This document shows, one piece after another, positions 46,205 through 55,541 of a DNA stretch of 64,000 nucleotides (positions are counted from its first letter, which is position 1; the number at the start of each line of letters is the position of its first letter). Below the pieces are notes generated by a model, which saw nothing but the letters and a program-made list of their open reading frames with translations, was not told where the DNA came from and made no database searches. The position numbers and the translations under genes were made by a program. This DNA comes from Candidatus Obscuribacteraceae bacterium (GTDB taxonomy: Bacteria; Cyanobacteriota; Vampirovibrionia; Obscuribacterales; Obscuribacteraceae): NCBI GenBank assembly GCA_044226015.1, contig JBGAHS010000011.1:160001-224000 (forward strand). Reading direction: 5' to 3'.

Positions 46205-48286
46205 TTATTGCTTACTCGTTTTTCCATGCTGGTCGTAGATAGCAATGTGAATTGCAAGAGCAAAACCAGCAGAAGCAGCCAGGAGGAAGCATATCATCGC
46301 AATGCCAGGATATCCAAACAGTGTGAAAGATGTTGGCACTTTCATAAGATTAGACGCACCCATAATCAGTGCGGCAAGAATGAGTCCTAGCGTCACACGA
46401 TTTGCAATCTTCTGTGCAGAATCAACAAGGACCGCCTCGTCAATAGCATCGACCTTCATACGCAAACTGTTAGTCGCCACGAGATCCATAATTTTATGAA
46501 CAGTTCCCGGCATTTTTTCGATGAAGTCTTTGGCTTCTACCAGAGAGGTAAAAATGTGACCCACTGAGAGACTAGATTCCATGCGTTTGCGCATCAACAT
46601 AGGAGCATTTCGACGCATCGATTCATTAGGACTGAAGTTGGGATCTAACGTTGAGCCTACCTGGTCCAAATTCAACAGAGTTTTTCCTAGCATCGTGAGC
46701 TCTGCGGGAACCTTGATACCACAATCGCTTGAGATTTGAGTTATGCCAACAATAACCACACCAAGCTCCATGTCCGTTAGATTATTGAATATATGACCCT
46801 GCACAAGTGAAGTGACACGGCTTCTAAACTGCTGTTCGTCAAAATTATCTCTTTGTTCGCCAATATCAATTGCTATATTAGCTACGGCATCAGCTCGTTG
46901 CTCACTGATAGCTAATAACATCAAAAACAGCTTGCCTTGCATGTGCTGGGTTAGCCTTGCCACCATTCCGAGATCTATCAACGCAATCTTATTGTCATCG
47001 GTAAGAAGGACGTTTCCGGGATGTGGATCAGCGTGGAAGAATCCATCAATCAAGATCTGTTTGAGATACGCCTTAAATATTGACTCCGCAAGTGGCGCAC
47101 CATCAAGGTCTAATCGCTCTAGATTTGAAATAGCAGTGATCTTCTTACCTTTGATGAAATCCATCGTTAGCACTTTTGAGGTGCTGTAGTAAGAGATTGG
47201 GCAGGGAACCTTTATCAATTCGAATTCGTGCAGATTATCTCGAAGGCGCTCTAGATTGGCGGACTCTTTGCGGTAGTCTAATTCATCCATAATGGATTTC
47301 CGGAATTCTTCCAGAATGTCCATGAACTGATATTTCTTGCCAGTTTTCGTGTGCTTATCGTAGAACTCAGCAATATCGAAAAGCGCTTCGATGTCATTCA
47401 CAATAACTTCACGAATGCCTGGACGCTGCACTTTGACAGCAACCTCTCTACCATCCCTCAAAACCGCATGGTGTATTTGTCCAATCGAAGCGGCGGCAAT
47501 CGGTTCAGAATCAAAACTGAGAAACGCTTTGGACATTCTCACACCCAATTCGGACCCGACTATATGCTCAACATCCGAATAAGAGAATGGCTCACAATTG
47601 TCTTGCAATCTGGTGAGCGCCTGCATGTAGGCTGCTGGCAGAAAGTCAGCGCGTGTCGAGAGAAGTTGCCCCAATTTTATAAAGGTTGGACCTAGTTTTT
47701 CGAGGTCACGAGCAAAGTCTTCAGGCGTAGTATTCGCTTGTGCTGGAGCGAGCTTTCCTTCTTCCTCGGCTCGCTTAGCCAGGTCACTGAACGCTCCATC
47801 TTTATAGACAACGACTTCACCGTTATCATTAACAATCTCAAGACCATTTCCATTGCTTCCGCCAAACTTCTCTGCGGTTTCACTTACTTTTGCAGAAACA
47901 TCGTCCGCAACCTTTTTCATTTTTTCGATTACTTGCTCGGGCTGCGCACTGCCCTTTTTTTCCTCTTCTGTTTTCTTGGTGACATAACCATATCCACCTT
48001 GAGGAAGTCTTATGGGACGAGCCTCGCCTTCGGGCTTGGTTCCGACACATACTATTTTCTCATCTGCTGCTACACCATTTTCTGCAAAGACACTGGCGTC
48101 AACAGCCGCCTTTTTTGGACCAGCTAGCGGGTCTAATACGGAGATCGGAATTCTTTTCTCGTCATCGTTTTGCACAAGTCCTTCCAAACCGGCCGATTTA
48201 ACAAGTTCTGAATTACCGTATTTGAGCAAAAGCGCAGCTACATCTTTGTATCGCTTTAAGTGTTCTTTCTTGAGGGAGATGCCCAT
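46205..48286 (-). CDS. AarF/UbiB/ABC1 atypical kinase with C-terminal TM helices
   Basis: LGPTFIKLGQLLSTRAD, AAASIGQ, VAVKVQRPG, ELDY, FFHADPHPGN and IDLGMV. Confidence 0.94.
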   Translation of the reverse strand: MGISLKKEHLKRYKDVAALLLKYGNSELVKSAGLEGLVQNDDEKRIPISVLDPLAGPKKAAVDASVFAENGVAADEKIVCVGTKPEGEARPIRLPQGGYGYVTKKTEEEKKGSAQPEQVIEKMKKVADDVSAKVSETAEKFGGSNGNGLEIVNDNGEVVVYKDGAFSDLAKRAEEEGKLAPAQANTTPEDFARDLEKLGPTFIKLGQLLSTRADFLPAAYMQALTRLQDNCEPFSYSDVEHIVGSELGVRMSKAFLSFDSEPIAAASIGQIHHAVLRDGREVAVKVQRPGIREVIVNDIEALFDIAEFYDKHTKTGKKYQFMDILEEFRKSIMDELDYRKESANLERLRDNLHEFELIKVPCPISYYSTSKVLTMDFIKGKKITAISNLERLDLDGAPLAESIFKAYLKQILIDGFFHADPHPGNVLLTDDNKIALIDLGMVARLTQHMQGKLFLMLLAISEQRADAVANIAIDIGEQRDNFDEQQFRSRVTSLVQGHIFNNLTDMELGVVIVGITQISSDCGIKVPAELTMLGKTLLNLDQVGSTLDPNFSPNESMRRNAPMLMRKRMESSLSVGHIFTSLVEAKDFIEKMPGTVHKIMDLVATNSLRMKVDAIDEAVLVDSAQKIANRVTLGLILAALIMGASNLMKVPTSFTLFGYPGIAMICFLLAASAGFALAIHIAIYDQHGKTSKQ

Positions 48287-48412
48287 GATCGTCTTCTCTC
48301 TTCGCGTGAGTGGAAATGTTCTATGAGCGGGGGTAGACGGGAGAATTCGTTAGCTGTTCCCAAAGAGACAGTTTCGGGTTTAATGGTTGTCAAGAGTGGG
48401 TATGTTGACTTT

Positions 48413-48703
48413 ATGCCTACACTTCAAGCGACTATATCTTGTCCTCATTGCACCCGCGAATTAAGGCCTGGCGCCATTAAGTGTCAGAACTGTAAACGCG
48501 GGGTTTCAACGGTGCATTTCAAAAATTGCCGTTTTTGCGGTCAGACAATAAGCCGCGCAGCAATGAAATGCAGACATTGCTCGGCTAACCAATCCGAGCT
48601 TCCGGGTCCAGAAAAGCAAGATACCGATGAAGCAAGAGTCAATCGTACGCCGTCTCGGCCTCCGAACAAAACAACAGCGGTCAAATTGCAAAATCCAGAT
48701 TAG
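48413..48703 (+). CDS. Double zinc-ribbon protein
   Basis: Four CxxC motifs (CPHC, CQNC, CRFC, CRHC). Start uncertain; ATG 48413 chosen. Confidence 0.7.
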   Translation: MPTLQATISCPHCTRELRPGAIKCQNCKRGVSTVHFKNCRFCGQTISRAAMKCRHCSANQSELPGPEKQDTDEARVNRTPSRPPNKTTAVKLQNPD

Positions 48704-48730
48704 GGTCTTCATACTTCCAGATTGCGATCT

Positions 48731-48758
48731 AGAGCACTTCGGCAGAAGTGCTCTTTTT
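48731..48758 (+). terminator. Intrinsic terminator
   Basis: AGAGCACTTC-GGCA-GAAGTGCTCT-TTTT. Confidence 0.8.
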
Positions 48759-48938
48759 CTTTGTGTCTTTTACACGAATTTCACGGGACCATCTCTATGA
48801 TTGTTTTGCGAATCGTTTTTCAATTCAAAAAAAATTGCTGCAAACGGAGCGGGGCTTTGCACAAATGCATCAATGTTCGCTGTTGAATTGAAGGTTAAAA
48901 CGAAAGAAGCATGGCTTGGCGAGCGAGGACAATATCAA

Positions 48939-49352
48939 ATGGATAACAAGAACGGCGAACAAACCAGACAATGGTTTGTATCAGGTCTGCTTCTATTAGT
49001 TTTCGGCATAATTTTGTTTTGCTCAGACGCCTTTATCATTGGCATTCCGATGATGCTTATGGGAATTGTCATCGCAGCAATAGGATATGAGAAAACCTGG
49101 CAAACTGGCTATTCCTTGCGATTTCCCACTAGCAGCAGATCAAGCATAAGGAGCATAGATGGAACTATTGATTCAGGACGACACAAAAAAGTATCTGATG
49201 TAACCGTTAGTCCCTCCAAGACAACAAGCACTTCAATCAATCCCTCCGTAGCAGCCAATCCCTCAGCAGCGAATCCTTCCGCAGCGAATCCTTCCGCAGC
49301 GAATCCTTCCGCAGCGAATCCTTCAGCAGCAAAGCCTACGAGCCAAAACTAA
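48939..49352 (+). CDS. Small two-TM membrane protein with NPSAA-repeat tail
   Basis: GAGGA RBS before ATG 48939. Two hydrophobic segments and a repeat C-terminus. Confidence 0.7.
   Translation: MDNKNGEQTRQWFVSGLLLLVFGIILFCSDAFIIGIPMMLMGIVIAAIGYEKTWQTGYSLRFPTSSRSSIRSIDGTIDSGRHKKVSDVTVSPSKTTSTSINPSVAANPSAANPSAANPSAANPSAANPSAAKPTSQN
49239..49331 (+). repeat. 15-bp coding tandem repeat (AATCCTTCCGCAGCG): 5 units plus one 18-bp variant
   Basis: Three identical central units (49272-49316) flanked by diverged units. Confidence 0.92.
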
Positions 49353-49361
49353 TTCATAATG

Positions 49362-49393
49362 CAAAACACGGACCTGAGATGATCCGTGTTTTG
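49362..49393. terminator. Bidirectional terminator between convergent genes
   Basis: CAAAACACGGA...TCCGTGTTTTG. Confidence 0.7.
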
Positions 49394-49413
49394 TGCTTTA
49401 GCATTTCTCGAGT

Positions 49414-51363
49414 CTAGCGACGCTCTTTTATTTCGCTTTCTATTTCAGAAATAAATTGGTCGAGCGACACGGCTGGCATGTCACCTCCGCGTCGATGACG
49501 TGGTGTCACCATGCCGGTTTCAACTTCTTTATCACCGATTACGAGCATGTACGGTATTTGCTCAAGCTGCGCTTCGCGAATTTTGTACTTGATCGTTTCT
49601 GAACGATCATCACACTTAACTCGCAACAGTTTCGCACGCAATTGTGCGGCAACTTTTTGTGCATACTCATGGTGGCGGTCAGCAATCGGAAGAATAGCAA
49701 TTTGCTCAGGTGCCAACCAGGTTGGGAAAGCTCCTGCGTAGTGCTCAATGAGACCTCCACAGAACCGTTCCATAGAGCCCAGAACAGCTCTATGAACCAT
49801 GATTGCTTTATGCTTGTTGCCATCTTCACCTATGTAGGTAACATCGAATCTGTTTGGAAGATTCAAATCAACCTGCACGGTTGGACCCTGCCATTCACGT
49901 CCAATCGCATCGAAAAGCTTAAAGTCGATCTTCGGAGCGTAGAACGCGCCACCACCTTCTTCAACCTCGTACTCAAGATTGCGAGACTTGATGGCATTTT
50001 CCAGCGCTGTGGTTGCGAACTCCCACTCTTCATCACTACCAAGTGATTTCTCAGGACGAGTTGCTAGATAAGCCTTGAACGAATAACCAAATGTCTTCAT
50101 CAAGAAATCAATGAGGTCAATAATTCCTGCGACTTCTTCTTCCAACTGATCTGGTCGACAGAATATGTGCGAATCATCTTGTGTAAATCCGCGTACGCGC
50201 AACATGCCATGCAAAACGCCTGAACGTTCATATCGATAGACGGTACCAAGTTCGGCAAATCGCAAAGGCAGATCACGATAGCTATGCAAACGAGACTTAT
50301 AGATCATGATATGACCAGGACAATTCATCGGTTTAACCCGATAAGGCTCCTCATCAATAGTCATCGATGCATACATGTTCTCAGCATAGTTTTCTAAGTG
50401 TCCGCTGATTTCGTACAGTTTTTCGTGCGCAATATGCGGAGTGAACACGAATTGATATCCGCGCTTGCGATGCTCTTCGCGCCAGAAGTCTTCAATTTCT
50501 GCACGCACTGTTGCAAGATTTGGATGCCAGAAAACTAGACCTGGTCCAACTTCATCGTGCACTGTGAAAAGGTCCAATTGCTTAGACAAGCGACGATGGT
50601 CACGTCTTTCAGCTTCTTCCAACTTGTGCAAGTAAGCCTTTAGATCATCTTCTTTCCACCACGCAGTAGCGTAAATTCGTTGGAGACGCTCTTTGTTTTC
50701 GTCACCTCGCCAGTACGAGCCCGAAACCTTCATCAGCTTAAACGCTTTGATAAATCCGGTTGACGGTAAGTGTGGTCCGCGACAAAGATCATTCCATACA
50801 TTCTTGCCCTCTTTATCGAGCATCAAATATAGTGTCGGGTTGTGATCTCTGTGCTCTGTCAAAAGCTCAGCTTTGAACTTTTCACCTTGCGATTTGAAGT
50901 CACCGATCTGTTTATCAACATCGGGAATGCAATATCGCACTAATTTCTGATCTTCTTTGACGATCCTTTTCATTTCCGCTTCGATCTTATCGAGATCTTC
51001 ATTAGTTAGCGGATGGTCAGTAATTTCGAAGTCGTAATAGAAGCCATCTTGAATGGTAGGACCAATTGCAATCTTCGCTTCCGGGAAAATGCGTTGCACC
51101 GCCTGCGCCATTACGTGCGCAGTTGAATGACGAAGCAATTCCAACGCTTCGGGATCTTCAGCTGTAAGAATTTTGACCTGGTCACCACTTTCTAGCGGTG
51201 TCGAGAGATCGCGAATCTCACCATTAATCAAACCTCCAACGGCTTTACGAAACAGCCCTTGTGAGATTGATTTGGCAAGATCTCCACAGCTTGAGCCTTT
51301 GTCGAGACTCTTTTCACTGCCATCGGGCAGCTTAACCTGAACCATGGTTTCAACTTGAGACAT
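49414..51363 (-). CDS. thrS: Threonine--tRNA ligase
   Basis: TGS domain, RHSTAHVMAQA, DLCRGPH, RDHR, KPMNCP, RVRGFTQDD and AFYAPKID. AAAGGAG RBS favours ATG 51363. Confidence 0.97.
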   Translation of the reverse strand: MSQVETMVQVKLPDGSEKSLDKGSSCGDLAKSISQGLFRKAVGGLINGEIRDLSTPLESGDQVKILTAEDPEALELLRHSTAHVMAQAVQRIFPEAKIAIGPTIQDGFYYDFEITDHPLTNEDLDKIEAEMKRIVKEDQKLVRYCIPDVDKQIGDFKSQGEKFKAELLTEHRDHNPTLYLMLDKEGKNVWNDLCRGPHLPSTGFIKAFKLMKVSGSYWRGDENKERLQRIYATAWWKEDDLKAYLHKLEEAERRDHRRLSKQLDLFTVHDEVGPGLVFWHPNLATVRAEIEDFWREEHRKRGYQFVFTPHIAHEKLYEISGHLENYAENMYASMTIDEEPYRVKPMNCPGHIMIYKSRLHSYRDLPLRFAELGTVYRYERSGVLHGMLRVRGFTQDDSHIFCRPDQLEEEVAGIIDLIDFLMKTFGYSFKAYLATRPEKSLGSDEEWEFATTALENAIKSRNLEYEVEEGGGAFYAPKIDFKLFDAIGREWQGPTVQVDLNLPNRFDVTYIGEDGNKHKAIMVHRAVLGSMERFCGGLIEHYAGAFPTWLAPEQIAILPIADRHHEYAQKVAAQLRAKLLRVKCDDRSETIKYKIREAQLEQIPYMLVIGDKEVETGMVTPRHRRGGDMPAVSLDQFISEIESEIKERR

Positions 51364-51524
51364 AATCAACTCCTTTCTGCGGCATATACAAACTGCCGGC
51401 GAAGCCCAATCATATCAAAAAGCGCCCTCTTTGCAGCCTAAATTGTACTAGCCGCAACGTTTTCGTTGCATTCCAGACATTTTTACAGTGTGCACCCTGC
51501 CTGAAAATTTGATAGAAAAGGCAT

Positions 51525-51740
51525 TTAGCGTAACGGAACTATCTTGGCAATCGCGGTGCCGTCTTTCATAATCAAGATTTCCTCGCCGCCTTCCAGAGCT
51601 TCTAGCTGACCCGCAAGCTGAGTTCTGGCATCCTTTAATGTGGTTTTGCCCGAACATACCTGTTCCATTAATTTGGAAAGGAGATTTCTAATCTCTCTAA
51701 CACTTACTTTTCTGATTTGCTTAGGCGCCATTGCTTTCAT
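51525..51740 (-). CDS. Phd/YefM antitoxin-like small protein with duplicated N-terminal motif
   Basis: VSVREIRNLLSKLMEQVCSG followed by KTTLKDARTQLAGQLEALEGGEEILIMKDGTAIAKIVP. Abuts the upstream gene. Confidence 0.65.
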   Translation of the reverse strand: MKAMAPKQIRKVSVREIRNLLSKLMEQVCSGKTTLKDARTQLAGQLEALEGGEEILIMKDGTAIAKIVPLR

Positions 51741-52187
51741 CTAAAATTCCTTGCGCATTTGATTTATGAACTCGGCAAGATTCTCATCGGTGGTGAAGAA
51801 ACGAACACCCGCTGCATCCCATGTATAGAATCCGGTTTTTGCATTGCCTGCATCAATCCACGCTTCCACTTTGATTCCTGCGCGACGTGATCTCTCAAAA
51901 CTCAGTTCAAATGAAGGTTCACTGGGTTCAAAAATAACCTTCTGCTTTTGCCCTTTCAACAGACTCTCTAATTGAACCGCAAAATTCTCCAATTCATCTG
52001 TAGGTGTCCGGCAAATACTGCAGCTTTCGCCCTCAAGACTTCTAAACCGATGCTCGCCGCTCTGAAGTGTCAGAGAAAGTCGCTGCCAACATTCATCTTG
52101 CATCGATGTCTCAACAAGTTGCTTATCGCCCGGACGAATCTCCAAACAACTCGGACAATCTTTTTCCTCGGACTGCAAAACTGCCAT
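51741..52187 (-). CDS. Hypothetical protein, WapI-immunity-like pattern, two CxxC motifs
   Basis: W..L.L, DELENFAVQLESL, IFEPSEPSFELSF and F.T...L..FI.Q resemble WapI-family proteins (from memory). Starts 1 nt after the mnmE stop. Confidence 0.55.
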   Translation of the reverse strand: MAVLQSEEKDCPSCLEIRPGDKQLVETSMQDECWQRLSLTLQSGEHRFRSLEGESCSICRTPTDELENFAVQLESLLKGQKQKVIFEPSEPSFELSFERSRRAGIKVEAWIDAGNAKTGFYTWDAAGVRFFTTDENLAEFINQMRKEF

Positions 52188-52188
52188 T

Positions 52189-53634
52189 TCATTTACCTAT
52201 GCAAAACTTGGAGAAGACCTCGGATATTATCTCCTCGCTTACCGCATTTCCAGAGATCTCAGACAATGCATCGATAGCAATCTTAAGATCTGACGCGATG
52301 CAGTCCTGAGGCATTCCTGCCAGCACAGTATCCAATGAGCTATCCAAACACTCTACAGCCTTCGTACATAAAGCCGATTGCCGCATATTTAATGATGGTG
52401 CATCTCGATTGACAGCATCCTTATATACCCAGTCTTCAATTGCTGAACTGAGTTCCTTTATGTGCGTCCCTGACAATGCAGAAACGGCGATAGTAGCTAC
52501 GCACTCAGATGTCAGGTTATCGGGATGAAAGTTGAGATTATCTCGCTGCGCTAATAAATCAATCTTATTTCCAACTATAAGCATAGGTTTGCCAGCTGAA
52601 TATTTGACGATGTCTTCTTCAGGTTGTGACCAACCTTCAGCGAGATCAACTAGAAGCAAAATCATGTCAGCTTCATCAATTGCTTTTTTACTTCGCTCGA
52701 TTCCAATTCTCTCAACGCGGTCTTCCGTATGCCTAATTCCAGCTGTATCAATGAGGGTTACAGGAATTCCGTTGAGGTCCAATATCTCTTCAATGCTATC
52801 TCTAGTAGTCCCTGGTATATCAGTTACGATAGCTCGCTCGAATTTAAGCAGCTGATTCAGTAAGCTGGACTTGCCTGCATTTGGGCGTCCTACCAGTGCG
52901 AGCTTCAGACCTTCTCTGAGAAATTTTCCAGCACGCGCAGTGCGAGCTAAATCAAAAAGTTCCTCGCGCGCCTTCTTGACGACCCTCTCGATCTCGGGTT
53001 CAGGCGCATCTCCGATCTCCTCTGGAAAATCGATGCCAGCAACTATTCGTGTTTGAACTTCAATTAGTTCTGCCCGCACAGAATTAATATGTTTGCCGAG
53101 CCGCCCGGTGAGGGCAGATACGGCCATTCGTCCCTGACGAGCAGTTTTAGCCTGAATGATATCGAGAACAGACTCTGCTTGAGTCAGATCAATCTTGCCG
53201 TTCAGAAACGCCCTCTCGGTGAACTCTCCCCGTCGTGACAAACGAGCACCTTGCCGAATTAATAATGCAAGTATTTCATTGCAGATTAACGAACCACCGT
53301 GACACGAGATTTCAACAAGGTCTTCACCGGTGTAAGTATGTGGTCCGCGAAACAAAGTCACTACGACTTCATCAACTATGTCTTTAGTGGACGGATCATA
53401 TATATACCCATGCTTCGCGAAGTGGCTTTTCAGAAGCGGAACTTCGGGAATTAAATTTTCGGGGACAGAAAATGCTCTCTCCGAAAAAATTTTCTGCAAA
53501 ATTTTTTCGGCATCAAAACCAGACATGCGCACGACCGCAATCGCACTTGGACCGGGCGATGTAGAGATTGCAGCAATAGTTTCAGTTGAATCGATCATAG
53601 TAATTTCTTCGCTGATCATACAATTTTCTCGCAT
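52189..53634 (-). CDS. mnmE: tRNA modification GTPase MnmE (start may be ATG 53598)
   Basis: TIAAIST, YTGED.VEI.CHG, GEFTERAFLNGK, GRPNAGKSS, GTTRD, DTAG, NKID and terminal FCIGK. Confidence 0.96.
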   Translation of the reverse strand: MRENCMISEEITMIDSTETIAAISTSPGPSAIAVVRMSGFDAEKILQKIFSERAFSVPENLIPEVPLLKSHFAKHGYIYDPSTKDIVDEVVVTLFRGPHTYTGEDLVEISCHGGSLICNEILALLIRQGARLSRRGEFTERAFLNGKIDLTQAESVLDIIQAKTARQGRMAVSALTGRLGKHINSVRAELIEVQTRIVAGIDFPEEIGDAPEPEIERVVKKAREELFDLARTARAGKFLREGLKLALVGRPNAGKSSLLNQLLKFERAIVTDIPGTTRDSIEEILDLNGIPVTLIDTAGIRHTEDRVERIGIERSKKAIDEADMILLLVDLAEGWSQPEEDIVKYSAGKPMLIVGNKIDLLAQRDNLNFHPDNLTSECVATIAVSALSGTHIKELSSAIEDWVYKDAVNRDAPSLNMRQSALCTKAVECLDSSLDTVLAGMPQDCIASDLKIAIDALSEISGNAVSEEIISEVFSKFCIGK

Positions 53635-53753
53635 GATCCTACTTGAACAGCATCTACTTCGGTGTTAGTATTCGTCACGTTTCGTAGGGAACGATCACAA
53701 AACGAAAGTTTCATGCAAAACAAATTCATAGGTAAAGGTTAGGGGGTAGCTCG

Positions 53754-54167
53754 ATGAACAGAGCAGAGTTAATCAACGCTGTTGCAGATATTACCGGACA
53801 AACAAAGCAGCAAACCGGCAATGCAGTTAACGCAATCCTGCACACAATTACAGGTGCATTGTCCAAGGGCGACAGAGTTATGCTCGTCGGCTTCGGAACA
53901 TTTGAACGCAGAAACCGCAAGGCACGTTCCGGCGTCAATCCGCAAAATCCGCGCCAAAAGCTAACCATTGCAGCAGCAAAGGTTCCAGCTTTCCGTGCTG
54001 GACAAGAGCTGAAAGACATCGTCGATGGACGTTCTAAGTTGCCAGCTCCACCAAAGGCTGAAGGTGCTGCTAAACCAGCTAAGAAAGCTGCTGCTAAGCC
54101 AGTTAAGAAAGCTGCTGCTAAGCCAGTCAAGAAGGCTGCAAAGAAGCCAGCTAAGAAGAGAAAATAA
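53754..54167 (+). CDS. hup: HU DNA-binding protein with Lys/Ala/Pro-rich histone-H1-like tail
   Basis: MNRAELI, GFGTF, R.G.NP and VPAFRAG..LK, followed by (AAKP.KKA)x4. Confidence 0.93.
   Translation: MNRAELINAVADITGQTKQQTGNAVNAILHTITGALSKGDRVMLVGFGTFERRNRKARSGVNPQNPRQKLTIAAAKVPAFRAGQELKDIVDGRSKLPAPPKAEGAAKPAKKAAAKPVKKAAAKPVKKAAKKPAKKRK
54066..54161 (+). repeat. 24-bp coding tandem repeat x4 in the HU tail
   Basis: GCTGCTAA(A/G)CCAG..AAGAA(A/G)GCT units at 54066, 54090, 54114 and 54138. Confidence 0.85.
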
Positions 54168-54199
54168 TCTCGCTTAGTAAGCACAAGCGTTAAAGCTCA

Positions 54200-54237
54200 A
54201 AGAGAGAAGGAGCCCGGCTCCTTCTCTCTTATTTATT
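54200..54237 (+). terminator. Intrinsic terminator after hup
   Basis: AAGAGAGAAGGAGCC-C-GGCTCCTTCTCTCTT followed by ATTTATT. Confidence 0.8.
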
Positions 54238-54740
54238 GTCCTCTTAGAGGAAAGCAATACGATATCGAGTGCGAATATAATTTCTATATTGCACTTCGAA
54301 TTTGTGTATTATCGAAAATACGACAATTCGGCAAAACCCTTATGCGCAAAGGATTTACGATGTCGCACGATCAAATATACCAGTTAGACTATTTTTTGCA
54401 ATGCCATCATAAGTGGTGGCAACTCAGTTTATCGAATAGGCTTCCTGCAGCATGAGCCTCAATAACAGCGCTTGTTGTAAGCGCCAGGACTCCTCAGCAC
54501 CCAAGCAATCGTCCTAGCAACATACACACTCTTAACCGACTAAATTGTTATAGAACAACTGATCGAGATCAACGATCAGCATTTTAAATAATCGGCAAAC
54601 CTCTTTCTGAAACTGAGACTAAACCAGTTTGCAAATCAGTTATGCAAATTGGATCAGGATAGACTCGCTACATAAGGCGAAAAGCTGAAAAAAACAAAAC
54701 AGACAAAATCAGCAAACGAAACGCTTTCGATAACAGTAAA

Positions 54741-54971
54741 TCAAGCACTTACACACTGCCTTGCAAAAAACTCCAGGCGCTGTGCTTCCTCATCATTGTT
54801 TTGTTTCACCATGCAAACAATCAGTCTAGAAAAAACTTCTTGCATCTCAGAACGATCAGGACCGAAAGCGATAATCACAATCGCTTTTCGAAGATGCGAT
54901 TCAGCAAGCTGAAAATCACGGGACGCCATAGCAGTACATGCTAGTGAAACTAAACCTTGAACCTTAGTCAT
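54741..54971 (-). CDS. Small TPR-like hypothetical protein (start 54971 or 55025)
   Basis: DFQLAESHLRKAI...FGPD helix pair. AGGGGG RBS. Confidence 0.55.
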   Translation of the reverse strand: MTKVQGLVSLACTAMASRDFQLAESHLRKAIVIIAFGPDRSEMQEVFSRLIVCMVKQNNDEEAQRLEFFARQCVSA

Positions 54972-55043
54972 ATTTGTTGTCCCCCTAGTCAAAAAAAACT
55001 CGTACAAACAATTTCCTATTGCCATTTTGCCTTCCTAAAGGCT

Positions 55044-55541
55044 TCATGCGATTGCTGCCAGGCTGGGCAGAGCTCTGATTCCGCTTACAAACTTCTGGTT
55101 GAGATAAGCACAAACTCTTCCCTCAAGAGATTTGAGCTTTGGTTCATTGCCTGTGAACGTGTAAAGGTAATGCAATTTCAAGAGTACTGTTCCCAGCCCA
55201 TCGTAATTTACGAATGCCTTCTCGCTGTCGAATACGCAAAGTGCTTCTTCAAACAACTGTTCAGCCACCAAAAATTCCCCTTCGAGTTCATAGAGTTCTG
55301 CAAGCGAGAGCAATGTGCGCGCATTCTCTGAATACAAAGGTCCAAACAACTTATATTGAATATCGAGAATTCTCCAATAGGTGCTGCTGGCGGCATTTAT
55401 CATTTTCAGATTCTTGTAGAGTTCTGCAAGATTTTGTAATTCACAAATAACATTTGAATGATTTTTTCCCCAGCATTTCTCTGCTGCTTCCACCTTGTTT
55501 TTTGCTTGAGTCACAACGCTGTTAAAAACCAATTCTGTCAT
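55044..55541 (-). CDS. TPR protein (kinesin-light-chain-type repeats)
   Basis: WGKNH.NV...LQNLAELY and LFGP.....A.TL..LAELY..EG....AE.LFE.AL. GGAG RBS before ATG 55541. Confidence 0.78.
   Translation of the reverse strand: MTELVFNSVVTQAKNKVEAAEKCWGKNHSNVICELQNLAELYKNLKMINAASSTYWRILDIQYKLFGPLYSENARTLLSLAELYELEGEFLVAEQLFEEALCVFDSEKAFVNYDGLGTVLLKLHYLYTFTGNEPKLKSLEGRVCAYLNQKFVSGIRALPSLAAIA

Noticed and set aside
51364..51524. Similar attenuator upstream of thrS
   Set aside because: No Thr-rich mini-ORF and no terminator hairpin with a U-tract seen.
53726..54184. 152-aa minus-strand ORF
   Set aside because: Antisense shadow of hup; the AAFL repeats mirror the KKAA tail.
54590..54660. c-di-GMP-I riboswitch suggested by GGCAAAC
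   Set aside because: Lacks the paired GAAA-loop stem and the downstream ACGCAAAG element. None was seen upstream of the giant exoprotein either.
53635..54740. Replication origin near mnmE
   Set aside because: No TTATCCACA-type DnaA box cluster seen, and no dnaA, dnaN or gidA in the window.
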